This document shows positions 52,552-62,989 of a stretch of 64,000 bases of DNA, one piece after another. The notes under the pieces were generated by a model, which was not told the DNA's origin, did no database searches, and saw only the letters and a list, made by a program, of their open reading frames with translations. The stretch's first letter is position 1. Each line of letters opens with the position of its first letter. A program made the translations under genes and the position numbers. The DNA is from Myxococcota bacterium (lineage in GTDB: Bacteria > Myxococcota_A > UBA796 > UBA2385): positions 128,001 to 192,000 of the forward strand of contig JBIJDH010000010.1 of the NCBI GenBank assembly GCA_044344255.1, in the 5' to 3' direction.

Positions 52552-53706
52552 TCAAAAGGTCGCGATTGTCCCGGGAATGTCGAGATCCAGGCCGAGCAAC
52601 ATCCCCGATTCACCGAGGCCGGGGAGGTCGATCAACCGCAGACCCACCCCACCGAGCCCCACTCGCCCATAGACTCCCGGCTCGACCGCGCTGGCGGTGG
52701 GCCAGAGGTCCCACGTGCCGCGATCGGGATCGTAGCTGCCCGCCACCCCGCCGAGGAGCCAAGCCCCGCCGCCCACCTCGAGGGAGGTGGCCCAGACGCC
52801 GCGCCCAAAGTGCTGATGCAGGCCGAGCGTGCCCTCGGCCTGCGGGTACCAGGCGAAGCCGCGCTCCATCGCCACGCCCCGCGCGTCGGCGGGGAGGCCG
52901 GCCGCGACGCTGAAGCGCAGTCGATCCCGGACCAGGGCCCCCCCCCGCAGCATCCCTGTCGGGACGCTATACAGATCGAGACCGCTCACCATTGACAGTC
53001 CACCAAACCACTCTCCGCCGAAGAGCGGCCGCTTGGGATCGGCGATCATCGCCGAGAGCCACGAGGTGGGCACCAGGAAGGAGATGTTGTCTCCCTGGAG
53101 CTTCCGCGAGGTGATCCCGATGAGCCGCCCCTGCGCGTCGAGCACCGGCCCCCCCGAGTTGCCGGGGTTGAGGGCGGCGTCGGTCTGGATGAGGCCGGCC
53201 CCGACCGCGCTCACGATGCCCTCGGACACGCTCCAGAGCAGCACGCCGGTCATGGCCTCGTTGCGGTCGGCGGCGGGGGCGAAGGGGTGCCCCATGCCAT
53301 AGACCCGCTCCCCCTGGAGCGCTGGCTCCGTTCGGATCGGGCGCGGCTGAACCTTCCCGGTGAGCTCGGGGGCGGTGACCAGCGCGAGATCGTGCTCGGC
53401 GTCGAGGGCGAGGATGCGCCCAACCGTCTCTTCTCCCGAGCGCGTGCGCACAAGGGGGCGGAGGCCGCTGGCGACACAGTGGTAGGCGGTGGCCACCGTG
53501 CCCCGATCGTCGATGATCACGCCGCTGCACCAGGCCGGCCCCGCTTGGAGCAGGACCACGCTCTCCAGCCAGCGCTGGATGCTCTCGGGGGCGGCGTCCT
53601 CGGCTCGGGCCGCGGCGGGGAGCGCGACGGACAGCCCGAGGCCGAGGATCAGGCGGAGGGACCGTGACCAGCGGGCGGGGAGGTCGGCGAGCGGAGTCGA
53701 GCGCAT
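52552..53706 (-). CDS. Trypsin-like (S1C) serine protease with C-terminal beta-strand-rich domain
   Basis: TAYHCV, DLAL, IQTDAALNPGNSGGP; signal peptide; terminal Phe. Confidence 0.85.
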   Translation of the reverse strand: MRSTPLADLPARWSRSLRLILGLGLSVALPAAARAEDAAPESIQRWLESVVLLQAGPAWCSGVIIDDRGTVATAYHCVASGLRPLVRTRSGEETVGRILALDAEHDLALVTAPELTGKVQPRPIRTEPALQGERVYGMGHPFAPAADRNEAMTGVLLWSVSEGIVSAVGAGLIQTDAALNPGNSGGPVLDAQGRLIGITSRKLQGDNISFLVPTSWLSAMIADPKRPLFGGEWFGGLSMVSGLDLYSVPTGMLRGGALVRDRLRFSVAAGLPADARGVAMERGFAWYPQAEGTLGLHQHFGRGVWATSLEVGGGAWLLGGVAGSYDPDRGTWDLWPTASAVEPGVYGRVGLGGVGLRLIDLPGLGESGMLLGLDLDIPGTIATF

Positions 53707-53760
53707 CCGGGCGGATAACCCGCGACCGCTCCCCGATCCGTGGTTAACCTCGACCCCGCT

Positions 53761-54519
53761 ATGCTCACCCTCCCGCTCCTGATCGCCCTCGCCAGCGCCG
53801 CGGACCCTGCGCCGACCGCCACCCCTCCCGCCGAGCGAACCGCAGAGCGCGCAGGCGCCGGAGCGATGAACGCCGAACGGATCTCCGTGCGACACATCCT
53901 CGTCGCCTACGAGGGCGCCGAGCGGGCCGATCCCAAGCTCCACCGAAGCCGGGAGGAGGCCCAGCGCCGCGCGGCTACGCTGCTCTCCCGGCTCCAGGCC
54001 GGCGAAGACTTCGCTCGTGTCGCTCGGGAGGCCTCCGACGACCCCGCCTCTTCCGCTGCAGGCGGGCAGCTCGACACCTTCGGCCGCGGACGGATGCAGG
54101 CCGCCTTTGAGACCGCCGCCTTCGCCCTCGCGGTCGGAGCCCGGAGCGGCGTCGTGGAGAGCCCCTTCGGCTTCCACATCCTCGAGCGACTACCCCTCGT
54201 CGAGGTCCATGTCGCGCAGATCCTCGTGCAGTGGCAGGGCCTCCCCGGCGCCACCGTCACCCGCGACCGCGAGGCCGCGCGAGCCCGCGCCGAAGAGGCC
54301 CTGGCGGCCTTGAGGGCCGGTCGACCGGTCGCCGAGGTGGCCCGCACCTGGTCCGACGGCCCCGCCGGCCCGAGGGGCGGAGACCTCGGCTGGTTCGAAA
54401 AGGGTAAGTTAAACTCTACCTTCGACCCTATCGTCTTCCAGCTCCCCCCCGGCGGCGACAGCGGGATCGTGGAGACCACCCTCGGCCTCCACATCCTCGT
54501 CCGCCTGGACGGGGTCTGA
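53761..54519 (+). CDS. Parvulin-type peptidyl-prolyl isomerase with two rotamase domains
   Basis: VRHILV..SDD..GG.L..F..SPFGFHIL pattern occurring twice. Confidence 0.9.
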   Translation: MLTLPLLIALASAADPAPTATPPAERTAERAGAGAMNAERISVRHILVAYEGAERADPKLHRSREEAQRRAATLLSRLQAGEDFARVAREASDDPASSAAGGQLDTFGRGRMQAAFETAAFALAVGARSGVVESPFGFHILERLPLVEVHVAQILVQWQGLPGATVTRDREAARARAEEALAALRAGRPVAEVARTWSDGPAGPRGGDLGWFEKGKLNSTFDPIVFQLPPGGDSGIVETTLGLHILVRLDGV

Positions 54520-54522
54520 TCG

Positions 54523-57500
54523 GTGCGCCCCCCCGTGCTCCCGAGGCCTGACACGATGCCCCTGGCCCCGCCCGCACCCCCTCCCGCGCACCCTCCCGCG
54601 GCCCCGGCCGTCGGCAAGCCCGTCGGCGAGCCCACCGAGGAGTCTCCGATCCTGGAGATGGGCGGGATCACGCTGGCACCCGGCGACCGCATCGGCCCCT
54701 ACGTCTACGTCCGCCCCCTCGGCTCGGGCGGCATGGCCTACGTCCTCGTCGCCCGCGACCCCGGCGGCCAGCTCATCGCCCTCAAGGTGCTCAAGGCCCA
54801 CCGCCTCGGCAGCGGGCTCGGCCGCTTCCGGCGCGAGTTCCGCGCGCTGTCTCGGATCGACCACGAGAACGTGATCCACGTCGAGGCCTACGGCGACATC
54901 CACGGTCACCCCTACATCGCGATGGAGCTCGTCCTCGGCACCGACCTCCACATGGAGATCCGCGACCTGCGGGCGCTGCCGCCCCTCGAGCGCTGGGCCC
55001 GCGTGGAGCAGGTCCTCATCGACCTCTCCCGCGCCCTGGCCCACATCCACGCCCGCGGCCTCGTGCACCGCGACCTCAAGCCGAGCAACATCCTCATCGA
55101 CAAAGAGGGCCGCTGCAAGCTCTCCGACTTCGGCATCGTCAAGGATCTGGACCCCGGCAGTGACCCCTTCGTCTCCACCACCCTGGTGGGCACCTGGGCC
55201 TACGCCTCCCCCGAGCAGATCACCGGCGCCAGCATCGATCACCGCTCCGATCTGTACAGCCTCGGCGTGATCCTCTACGCCATGCTCACCGGGCGGCGGC
55301 CCTTCAACGCCAAGGACATGGCCGGCTACCTCGCGATGCACCGCGACCAGCCCCCGCGATCTCCCCGCGAATTTGACCCCGACTGCCCGCCCCACCTCGA
55401 GGAGATCTGCCTCCGCCTGCTGGCCAAGGCCCCACGCGATCGACTCCAGTCGGCGGGCGAGATCGTCACCCGCCTCACCAGAGCCTTGAGCCCCGAGGAG
55501 CCGACCCCCGAGGGTCAGTGGAGCCCCCCCTTCACCGGGCGACGGGCCGAGCTCGACCGCCTCTACGACGCCGTCAGCGCCCTCACCGCCGGCCAGGGCG
55601 GCGCCTTCTTCATCGAGGGGGCGGAGGGCACCGGCCGCAGCCGCCTGCTCGCCCTCGGCGTCGCTCGGGCCCGCCTCATCGGCATCGGCGTCCATCAGGC
55701 CCGCATCGGGGCGAACGAGGGCGGCTTCGAGGCGCTGATGCGCATCGCCAGCGCCATCGGCCGCGAGCTCGGAACGCGGGTGCCGGCCGACCTCAACGCG
55801 GCCCTCCTCCGCTTCGCCCGCGGTCGGGGCAAGGTGGGCGGCGACCTGCGCTACCAGCTCTACGACGGGCTCCGCGAGGCCCTGACCGACCTCGTCGCCG
55901 AGGGCCCGCTGGTCATCGCCCTCGACGACCTTCACCACGCCCCGGCGCCGATGGCGGCCCTCATCGGCTACCTCGTGCGCACCCTCGTCGCCCGCGACCA
56001 CCTGCCCTTGCTCGTGCTGGCCACCGCCCGCACCGACACCCCCTCCCCGGCCCTCGCTGGGCTGCGAGAGGGCAGTGAGCTCGGCCTCCTCCCCGGCCGG
56101 GTCCACCTCGGCAACTTCGACCTCCCCACCACCCGCGAGCTCGCGCTGGCGGTGCTCGGCCCCGAGGCCGACTCCACCGCCATCTTCGAAGAGACCGGCG
56201 GCAACCCCTACTTCGTGGCGGAGGTGCTGGCGGCCCTCCGGGAGGGGGGCGGCACAACCGCCGATCTGTCGGCGGGGGGCGAGCTCGACCCTCGGATGCC
56301 CCCGCGGGTGCGGAGCGCCGTCGCCGCTCGGATCTCCGAGCTCCGGCCGGCCGAGGCCGCCCTCGTGCACGGCCTCGCCGTCATCGGTCGAGAGGTCGAT
56401 GTAGACGTGCTGCTCGACATCGTCGATGAGTCCGAGGAGCTCGCCCTCGATCGTATTGACGGCCTCGTCAGCAAGGGCCTGCTCACCAGCCGCACCGTCG
56501 GCCTGCAGACCCTGGTCGACTTCAGTCAGGCCCGCCTCGCCGAGCTCGTCTACCGCGACCTGCCGCCCCCCGTCCGCAGCGGCCTGCACCGCCGGGTCGC
56601 CGACACCCTCGGGCGACACGCCCGCGGAAACTCGACCGTGGCCGAGGCCATCGGCGAGCACTACCGGATGGGTGGCGACCTGGCCCGCGCCTGGCGCTTC
56701 CTCGCCGAGGCCGCCATCGGGATGGCTGATCGGGCGGCCCTCGCCGAGGCCTGGCGCCTCGCCGAGCGGGCCGCGCCGCTGACCTCCGCCGGGCAGGCAG
56801 GCCTAGACGTCGCCACCTTCTCCCGCTGCCACCGGGGCCTGCTTCGCCTCCGCGCCGACGCCCTCTACAACCGCGGCGCCTGGGCCGAGGCCGAGGTGGC
56901 GCACCGTCAGCTCGAGGTGGCCGCCCGTGCGGTCCAGGACCACCGCACCGCCGCCCACGCCGGCCTCGACCGCGGCGGTGCCCTCCGCCGCTTGGGCCAG
57001 CACGCCGCCGCCGCCGCGCTCGTCCACCGGGTGCTGGAAGAGGCCCGCGATCGGCACGACCGGGCGACGATCATCGACAGCCTGCACCGGCTCGCCATCT
57101 TCGCCTGGGAGGACGGCGACCTCGACCTCACCGAGCGGCTCGCCGGCGAGGGCCTCGTGCTGGCCACCGGCCCCGACCTCGTCGCCAGCCGGGCCGAGAT
57201 CCTGCTCGCCCTCACCGCCGTGCAGGCGAGCCGCGGCCAGCTCGCCGTCGCCACCGCCGGACTCACCGAGGCCGAGAGCCTGCTCCGCCCGCTCCGGAAC
57301 AAGCGCTCCAGCGCCGTCGTGCTCGGCAACCTCGCCGAGCTGCTCGTCTGGCAGGGTCGCCTCGGCGAGGCCATCCGCCAGGCCACCGCCGGCCTCTCCT
57401 CAGCGGGGGAGGCGCTCTTCCGCGAAGGGGAGGCCTTCATCCTCCGCGTGCGCGGTCAAGCGCGGCTCGAGGCCGGTGACCTCGACGGGGCGGATCAAGA

Positions 57501-58074
57501 CCTCGGTCGCAGCCTGCTCCTCTGCGAAGAGCTCGGCGTGGCCAGCGAGACCGTGGCCACCCGCTTCATGCTCGCCCGGCTCTGCCAGCGCCGCGAGCAG
57601 GTGGACGCCAGCCTCGTCCACATCGAGGCCGGCCTCGACCGCGCGCAGGCCGAGGACCCCGAACGATACGAGCCGGCCCTCCGCGCCCTCGCCGCGCGGG
57701 CCCGGCGCCAGCGCGGCGACCGCCCGGGGGCCGAGCAGGAGGCGCGCCTCGCCGCAGACAGCCTCGCCGGCCTCCCCCTCCCGCGCCGCACCCAGGTCGA
57801 GCTCCTGCTCGCCCAGGCCTGGACCACCATCGGAGACCTCGACAAGGCCCGCCAATATGGGCGCAGCGCCGCCCGAACCGCCGGCTCTCGGGGCTTTCGG
57901 CCCTGGGCGATCGAGGCCCGCCTCCTCCTGATGTACGTCACCGGCCCCGAAGAGGCCGAGCGCTGCCGCCTCGAGGCCACCGAGCTCGCGCAGCAGGTGG
58001 GCGCCAGCCTCGGCGAGGAGGGCCTCTCGGCCTATCGGCACCAACCCGGCTACTCTGCCCTCTGGTCGCTCTAA
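54523..58074 (+). CDS. Ser/Thr protein kinase fused to AAA (STAND-like) ATPase and TPR domains
   Basis: LGSGGMA, ALK, HRDLKPSN, DFG, SPEQ; FTGRRAEL, GAEGTGRS, LDDLH, TGGNPYF. Confidence 0.9.
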   Translation: MRPPVLPRPDTMPLAPPAPPPAHPPAAPAVGKPVGEPTEESPILEMGGITLAPGDRIGPYVYVRPLGSGGMAYVLVARDPGGQLIALKVLKAHRLGSGLGRFRREFRALSRIDHENVIHVEAYGDIHGHPYIAMELVLGTDLHMEIRDLRALPPLERWARVEQVLIDLSRALAHIHARGLVHRDLKPSNILIDKEGRCKLSDFGIVKDLDPGSDPFVSTTLVGTWAYASPEQITGASIDHRSDLYSLGVILYAMLTGRRPFNAKDMAGYLAMHRDQPPRSPREFDPDCPPHLEEICLRLLAKAPRDRLQSAGEIVTRLTRALSPEEPTPEGQWSPPFTGRRAELDRLYDAVSALTAGQGGAFFIEGAEGTGRSRLLALGVARARLIGIGVHQARIGANEGGFEALMRIASAIGRELGTRVPADLNAALLRFARGRGKVGGDLRYQLYDGLREALTDLVAEGPLVIALDDLHHAPAPMAALIGYLVRTLVARDHLPLLVLATARTDTPSPALAGLREGSELGLLPGRVHLGNFDLPTTRELALAVLGPEADSTAIFEETGGNPYFVAEVLAALREGGGTTADLSAGGELDPRMPPRVRSAVAARISELRPAEAALVHGLAVIGREVDVDVLLDIVDESEELALDRIDGLVSKGLLTSRTVGLQTLVDFSQARLAELVYRDLPPPVRSGLHRRVADTLGRHARGNSTVAEAIGEHYRMGGDLARAWRFLAEAAIGMADRAALAEAWRLAERAAPLTSAGQAGLDVATFSRCHRGLLRLRADALYNRGAWAEAEVAHRQLEVAARAVQDHRTAAHAGLDRGGALRRLGQHAAAAALVHRVLEEARDRHDRATIIDSLHRLAIFAWEDGDLDLTERLAGEGLVLATGPDLVASRAEILLALTAVQASRGQLAVATAGLTEAESLLRPLRNKRSSAVVLGNLAELLVWQGRLGEAIRQATAGLSSAGEALFREGEAFILRVRGQARLEAGDLDGADQDLGRSLLLCEELGVASETVATRFMLARLCQRREQVDASLVHIEAGLDRAQAEDPERYEPALRALAARARRQRGDRPGAEQEARLAADSLAGLPLPRRTQVELLLAQAWTTIGDLDKARQYGRSAARTAGSRGFRPWAIEARLLLMYVTGPEEAERCRLEATELAQQVGASLGEEGLSAYRHQPGYSALWSL

Positions 58075-58099
58075 CCGCGGCTTCCGTGCGCCCCCGCGG

Positions 58100-58699
58100 T
58101 CAGTACGGCGCGACGAGCTCCATGTCGATCCCGCTGTTGGCGCGAATGGAGATCAGCCCTACCTCGGCCGCGAAGGCGAACACCGCCGGGAGCCCGCTGT
58201 TCGACCGTGAACAGTCAAAGACGACGGTGTCGGAGAAGGTGCCGTAGAAGGTCTCGACGCTGGCGTCGAGGTCGGCGGTGCAGCTCCAGCCCGCGGCGGT
58301 GGCGAGGTCGCCGTCGGCCACCTGAGCGTCCGAGAAGGGGAGCTCCGCCTCACCGGCGTCGGGCCCGTACTCCCAGGAGACGAGCGAGAGGCCGCCCTCC
58401 TCGGAGAAGGCGAGGGCCGCTACCGGGGAGGCGTCAGCCCACCGCGCGCCACGGCGGAGCTCGATCAGCCCCTCCCCGAGGTGGTGGGCGCGGATCAGGC
58501 GCTCGTCGTCGACCTCCTCGGTCGAGAGGTCATCCCGGTAAGTCCAGGAGGCCCCCTCCGAGAGGGCGGCGTACTCCGCGATCGAGACCTCCCCCTCCCC
58601 GGCGCCGCCGTCGCCATTACAGGCGGCGAGCGAGAGCGCACAGAGAGAGAGAAGGGCGGGGGCCCGAGCGTCGGGCGGGCGTGGCAGACCGGCGGCCAT
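58100..58699 (-). CDS. Hypothetical lipoprotein
   Basis: Lipobox LAAC; GASWTY..VETFYGTF..FAAEVGLI; TGATG coupling to the upstream gene. Confidence 0.65.
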   Translation of the reverse strand: MAAGLPRPPDARAPALLSLCALSLAACNGDGGAGEGEVSIAEYAALSEGASWTYRDDLSTEEVDDERLIRAHHLGEGLIELRRGARWADASPVAALAFSEEGGLSLVSWEYGPDAGEAELPFSDAQVADGDLATAAGWSCTADLDASVETFYGTFSDTVVFDCSRSNSGLPAVFAFAAEVGLISIRANSGIDMELVAPY

Positions 58700-60420
58700 C
58701 AGCGCTTCCACCAGAAGGGGAGGTGATTGTCCGAGCCGGTGTCCTGGCCGGGCAGCCAGAAGGGGGCGCTCGAGGGGTCCGCGCCGGCCTCGGCCTTCGA
58801 GGGATCGATGGCGCTCACCCAGATCTGCGGCTGACCCAGGCCATCGATGGGGTAGCTGCGCTTGGAGGAGAAGGCGAGCCAGAGCACCTCGTCGTCGGGG
58901 AGGGGGCCCCAGCGCGGGTAGCTGTTCTGGTTGTTGTCTTCCCCATTGGCGGTGTCGAGGCGCACCACCCTGAGGCCGTCGCGGCTCGCCAGCATCAGCT
59001 CGGCCGTCGGGCTCGCGTAACCAGAGCCGATCGTCCGATTGTAGGCCAGCCACTCCCCGTCCGGCGACCAGGCTGGATAATAATAGGTGTATCCATCCTC
59101 ACTCGAGATGAGGACGCGCTCGTTCGACAGGGCGGCGCCGTCCCAGTCGAAGACCACGAGGTCGCTCAGCTCGAAGTCGAACTCACTCCTAAAATTACCC
59201 AAGATCTTGACAAAGACGACCTGCTCTCCGTCGGGGGACCAGTCGGGCTGCGTATATCGCCCGACGAGGCCAAGGTCTTTGACCGGGAGGCCGGTGGCGA
59301 GGTCATAGAGCACGACCGAGGTGTCGGAGGTGCCGATCATGTACTGACCATCCGGCGAGATGGTCTTGAAGGTGACCCGTTGCTCGCCGTTCGGGGGGAC
59401 GACCTGCACAGGCGCCAGCGGATCGGAGACGTCGACCACCGAGAAGGTGCCGTTGATGCCGTTGTGGGTCATCACCATGCGATCGGTGGGGTTGTTGACC
59501 GTGTGGCAGCCGATACACTCGCCGCCCACGTCGTCGCGGGTCCAGAAGGGGTCCGCCTGGGTGGTGCCGAAGGGGATGCGCATCACGCCGGCCACCGAAG
59601 CGGCCCAATAGAGCACGCTGCCGCGCGCGTCGAGGCGATTGACGGACAGGGTGATCGCAGGCCCCACCCGTACGTCGGTGAGGGCGCCGCCGCTGTAGGT
59701 CCCCGACTCCACCGAGACGCTCACCTCGCCGCCGCGGTTGGAGGCCGCGATCTGCGCCCAGAGGTCGCTCGAGGCGTACCAGGTGTCGAGGGCGCTGTAG
59801 ACCGAGACCTCGGTGATGTCGCTGCGCAGCCGCAGCCGGAAGACGTTGTGGCTCTCCGGCGGCGCCCAGAGGAAGCCGAGGCCCTCGAGGTTCCGCGGCA
59901 CGCGCACCTGATCGGCCGGATAGAGCAGGGCCGGGAGGTCACCCGCGGTCGGGGTGGCGGCCTCGAAGGCGGCCACCACCGCGGTGTCTACGCCCTCCTC
60001 GAGGAGGTCTTCCCGATAGGTCACCCGCAGCGTGGCGCGCCCCTCGATGCCGCGGTGGGTGGCGACGACGTCGGTGATGCCCCCGTTTCGGTCAGCCGCC
60101 GTGAACAGACCCTCCTCGTCGATCGTGCCGACGGAGAGGTTGGACAGCGACCAGCTCACGAGGTCGATCGGCGCGACCGTGCCGTCCTCGAAGGTCGCGG
60201 TGGCGGTGAGCCGGGTGGTGGCCGGCTCGCCCTGCCGCGTCGAGAGCTCCGTCTCCTCGGCGGTGACCACGAGGGAGACGACGTCGCCGTAGGCGGACTC
60301 CGAGGGGGCGACCGCGCCCTTACAAGCGGGAAGCAGCGCCGGAGCGCAGAGCGCGCCGAGGAGGAGGGGCAGGCCGAGGCGCGAGGGGCGCAGGCCGAGC
60401 GAGGTGGCGGTTCGCAGCAT
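58699..60420 (-). CDS. Lipoprotein: Ig-like domain plus TolB-like (PD40) beta-propeller with a CxxCH motif
   Basis: Lipobox LPAC; CIGCH; ISPDG and WSPDG repeats; WLAFSS.R.Y; FWLPGQ..NH. Confidence 0.8.
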   Translation of the reverse strand: MLRTATSLGLRPSRLGLPLLLGALCAPALLPACKGAVAPSESAYGDVVSLVVTAEETELSTRQGEPATTRLTATATFEDGTVAPIDLVSWSLSNLSVGTIDEEGLFTAADRNGGITDVVATHRGIEGRATLRVTYREDLLEEGVDTAVVAAFEAATPTAGDLPALLYPADQVRVPRNLEGLGFLWAPPESHNVFRLRLRSDITEVSVYSALDTWYASSDLWAQIAASNRGGEVSVSVESGTYSGGALTDVRVGPAITLSVNRLDARGSVLYWAASVAGVMRIPFGTTQADPFWTRDDVGGECIGCHTVNNPTDRMVMTHNGINGTFSVVDVSDPLAPVQVVPPNGEQRVTFKTISPDGQYMIGTSDTSVVLYDLATGLPVKDLGLVGRYTQPDWSPDGEQVVFVKILGNFRSEFDFELSDLVVFDWDGAALSNERVLISSEDGYTYYYPAWSPDGEWLAYNRTIGSGYASPTAELMLASRDGLRVVRLDTANGEDNNQNSYPRWGPLPDDEVLWLAFSSKRSYPIDGLGQPQIWVSAIDPSKAEAGADPSSAPFWLPGQDTGSDNHLPFWWKR

Positions 60421-60494
60421 GGGCGCAGGCTACCACGAGGGGCGTGGTCGGACGCCCGGCCGCGGGCGCGCTATGCTCGACCCCGAGGTGCCGG

Positions 60495-61280
60495 ATGGAG
60501 CTGAAGGGCGCGATCGCCGTGGTGACCGGGGCCTCGAGCGGCATCGGCGCCGCCACCGCCGCGGCCCTCCGCGCGCAGGGGTCCACCGTGATTGGGGTCG
60601 ACCTGCGCCCGAGCGAGGGCGTGCGCGCCGTCGACGTCACCGATGGCCCCGCCCTCACCCGCCTCGCCGCCGAGCTCGAGGCCACGCACGGGCGGGTCGA
60701 CCTCCTCGTCAACAACGCCGGGGTCACGGTGGTGGGCCGCTTCGAGGACCACACCGAGGCCGACTGGGCCCGCGTGATGGGGGTGAACTTCTCCGGGGTG
60801 CTCTACGGCTGCCGGGCCTTCCTCCCCGGGATGCAGGCCCGAAGGCGCGGCTGGGTCGTCAACCTCTCGAGCCTCTTCGGCCTGATGGGCGTGCCCGGCC
60901 AGACGGCCTACTGCGCCTCGAAGTACGCGGTGCGCGGCCTGAGCGAGGCCCTCCACGCCGAGCTCCGCGGCAGCGGGGTGGGGATCACGGTGGTCCACCC
61001 CGGCGGGGTGCGCACCCGAATCCTCGAAGACGCCGACCTGCGGGTCGATGCCGGCCTCGTCGCCCCCGCCCGCGACTTCTTCGCCCGGCGTACGCTCCGA
61101 CCCGAACGGGTCGCCGAGGCCATCGTCGGCGCCGTCCGGCGCGAGCAGCACCGCCTGCTCGTCTGTCCGGAGACCACCCTCATCGACGGTCTCCGCCGCC
61201 TGAGCCCCAACCTCGGCAATCAGCTCGGCGTGTGGGCCCTCGAGCGGGCGATGAAGCTCAAGGTGCCCGGCCGCGCCTGA
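60495..61280 (+). CDS. SDR family oxidoreductase
   Basis: TGASSGIG, NNAG, YCASK. Confidence 0.92.
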   Translation: MELKGAIAVVTGASSGIGAATAAALRAQGSTVIGVDLRPSEGVRAVDVTDGPALTRLAAELEATHGRVDLLVNNAGVTVVGRFEDHTEADWARVMGVNFSGVLYGCRAFLPGMQARRRGWVVNLSSLFGLMGVPGQTAYCASKYAVRGLSEALHAELRGSGVGITVVHPGGVRTRILEDADLRVDAGLVAPARDFFARRTLRPERVAEAIVGAVRREQHRLLVCPETTLIDGLRRLSPNLGNQLGVWALERAMKLKVPGRA

Positions 61281-61310
61281 CCGGCGCGGAGCCTGTCGAG
61301 CGGGGCTCGC

Positions 61311-62042
61311 TCAGCGGCCCTCCTGCATGCCGTAGGTGGAGAGCGTCCGCCGGCAGGCCTCGTAGCTCGTGCCGACGGGGAACTGCTCACAGGGGCCCGC
61401 CTCCTCCGGCGGGAAGCCGAGCTGAGCGCCCACGGCGCCCACGGCCATGCCGAAGTGCTCCATCTCGCCCACCCCGTCCACGTTCCCGACGATGTAGCGG
61501 AGCTCGGTGAGGAAGGGGGTCGGCCCCGTCACCCGCCAGCGCTCGGCGGAGCGGGTGGTGAAGTGGACGAGGCAGTGCTGAAGGAGCTCACCGGTCTCGG
61601 CGCAGACCGCGAGGACCTCGCCCAGGTCACCGGCCTGGGCGGCGACGAAGTCGCTGGCGTCAAGCCAGCAGGAGCTCCGCAGCCGCGTGTCTTCGATGCG
61701 GTCGCAGGTCTCCGCCGGCGGGATCGGCGCGATGCGCATCACATGGGCGATGCACTGGTCGCGGGGCGCCTCCGTCGAGATGTTCAAGCAGATGGGCACC
61801 ATGTCCTGCCCGCTGTTCGTCCGCGGATCGAGGGAGGACACGATGGAGTAGGCGCACCAGCCGCGGCGCGGGGTGATCAGCGCCTCACACCGCTCCACCA
61901 GGCCGATCAGCCGGCGGTCACTCAGGCCGCGCTTCAGCGGGTGTCGCCCGCAGCCGGGCAACAAGAACAAGGGAAGCAACAGCCAGACAGCCGCTCCGCC
62001 CCTCCGATCGCTCGACTCACGACGGTGACTCCTCACGTTCAT
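61311..62042 (-). CDS. Cys-rich helical-repeat lipoprotein
   Basis: Lipobox LPGC; five C-x(8-10)-C units. Confidence 0.6.
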   Translation of the reverse strand: MNVRSHRRESSDRRGGAAVWLLLPLFLLPGCGRHPLKRGLSDRRLIGLVERCEALITPRRGWCAYSIVSSLDPRTNSGQDMVPICLNISTEAPRDQCIAHVMRIAPIPPAETCDRIEDTRLRSSCWLDASDFVAAQAGDLGEVLAVCAETGELLQHCLVHFTTRSAERWRVTGPTPFLTELRYIVGNVDGVGEMEHFGMAVGAVGAQLGFPPEEAGPCEQFPVGTSYEACRRTLSTYGMQEGR

Positions 62043-62371
62043 CACACATCTCCGGTCAGAGTCTCCCGCCTGAGATCAGCGCCTGATGTGACTTCAAGCG
62101 CCGCCCAGAAATACGATCATGCAACAAACATTGCCGAGATGTGTGTCAAGTCACCTAAAGTCAGGTCAATACAGCTCGTTCCCCACTTCGAATTGGGCAA
62201 TCGTCGGAGCGTCGAATTCCACGACGAACACGACAGCACCTATACCGACGCGGCTCGACCCTCCAAGCCGATCCGCTCCGGAATTAGTCAAATTCTACAC
62301 AGAATCCTGCGCCGGGACAGCTCCCGCCGGTCTGCACGGCCGCCACGGGGCCGTCCGGCGAGGCCCGGGGC

Positions 62372-62989
62372 TCAGGCCCCGCCGCCGTACTCTTCGTCGT
62401 AGTCGGCCCGCGCCGCCTCGATCACCGCCTGCGCCGCGGCCGAGCCCGCCATGGTGGCGATGGTGACCTGGTTCTCCACGCCCGGCACGAGCTTGTAGGT
62501 GAGGAAGTAGTGGCGGAGCCGCTCGACGAGCAGCTCGGGGAGGTCTTCGAGCTCGTTGACGCCGGACCAGTAGGGGTCGTTGTGCAGCACGGCCACGATC
62601 TTGTCGTCGGCCTCGCCCTTGTCGACCATCCGCAGCACGCCCACCACGCGGGCGGTGAGGATCACCTCCGAGCGGTTGATCGGGCGCTCGCTGAAGACGC
62701 AGATGTCGAGCGGGTCCTTGTCGCCGAAGCTCGCGCCGGGGGCGAGGGCGCCCACGCGGGGGCCGCACCAGGTGCGCGGGATGAAGCCGTAGAGGGCGGG
62801 GGGCAGGGCGTTGGTGCGCTGCGGGCGGTCTACCCGCAGGTAGCCCGTCTCCTTGTCGACCTCGTACTTCACAGGGTCAGACGGGGTGATCTCGATGTAG
62901 GCGTCCACCACGCGCGGCGCGTCTGGGCCGGCGGAGAGCCCGTGCCAGGGGTGCGGGCGCCAACGGTAGAAGGGCTTGGGGAAGGACAG
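62372..62989 (-). CDS. ppa: Family I inorganic pyrophosphatase, probable CTG start
   Basis: HPWHG, IEI...KYE.DK, YGFIPRT, DKDPLDI, D.GE.DDKI. Confidence 0.92.
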   Translation of the reverse strand: MSFPKPFYRWRPHPWHGLSAGPDAPRVVDAYIEITPSDPVKYEVDKETGYLRVDRPQRTNALPPALYGFIPRTWCGPRVGALAPGASFGDKDPLDICVFSERPINRSEVILTARVVGVLRMVDKGEADDKIVAVLHNDPYWSGVNELEDLPELLVERLRHYFLTYKLVPGVENQVTIATMAGSAAAQAVIEAARADYDEEYGGGA

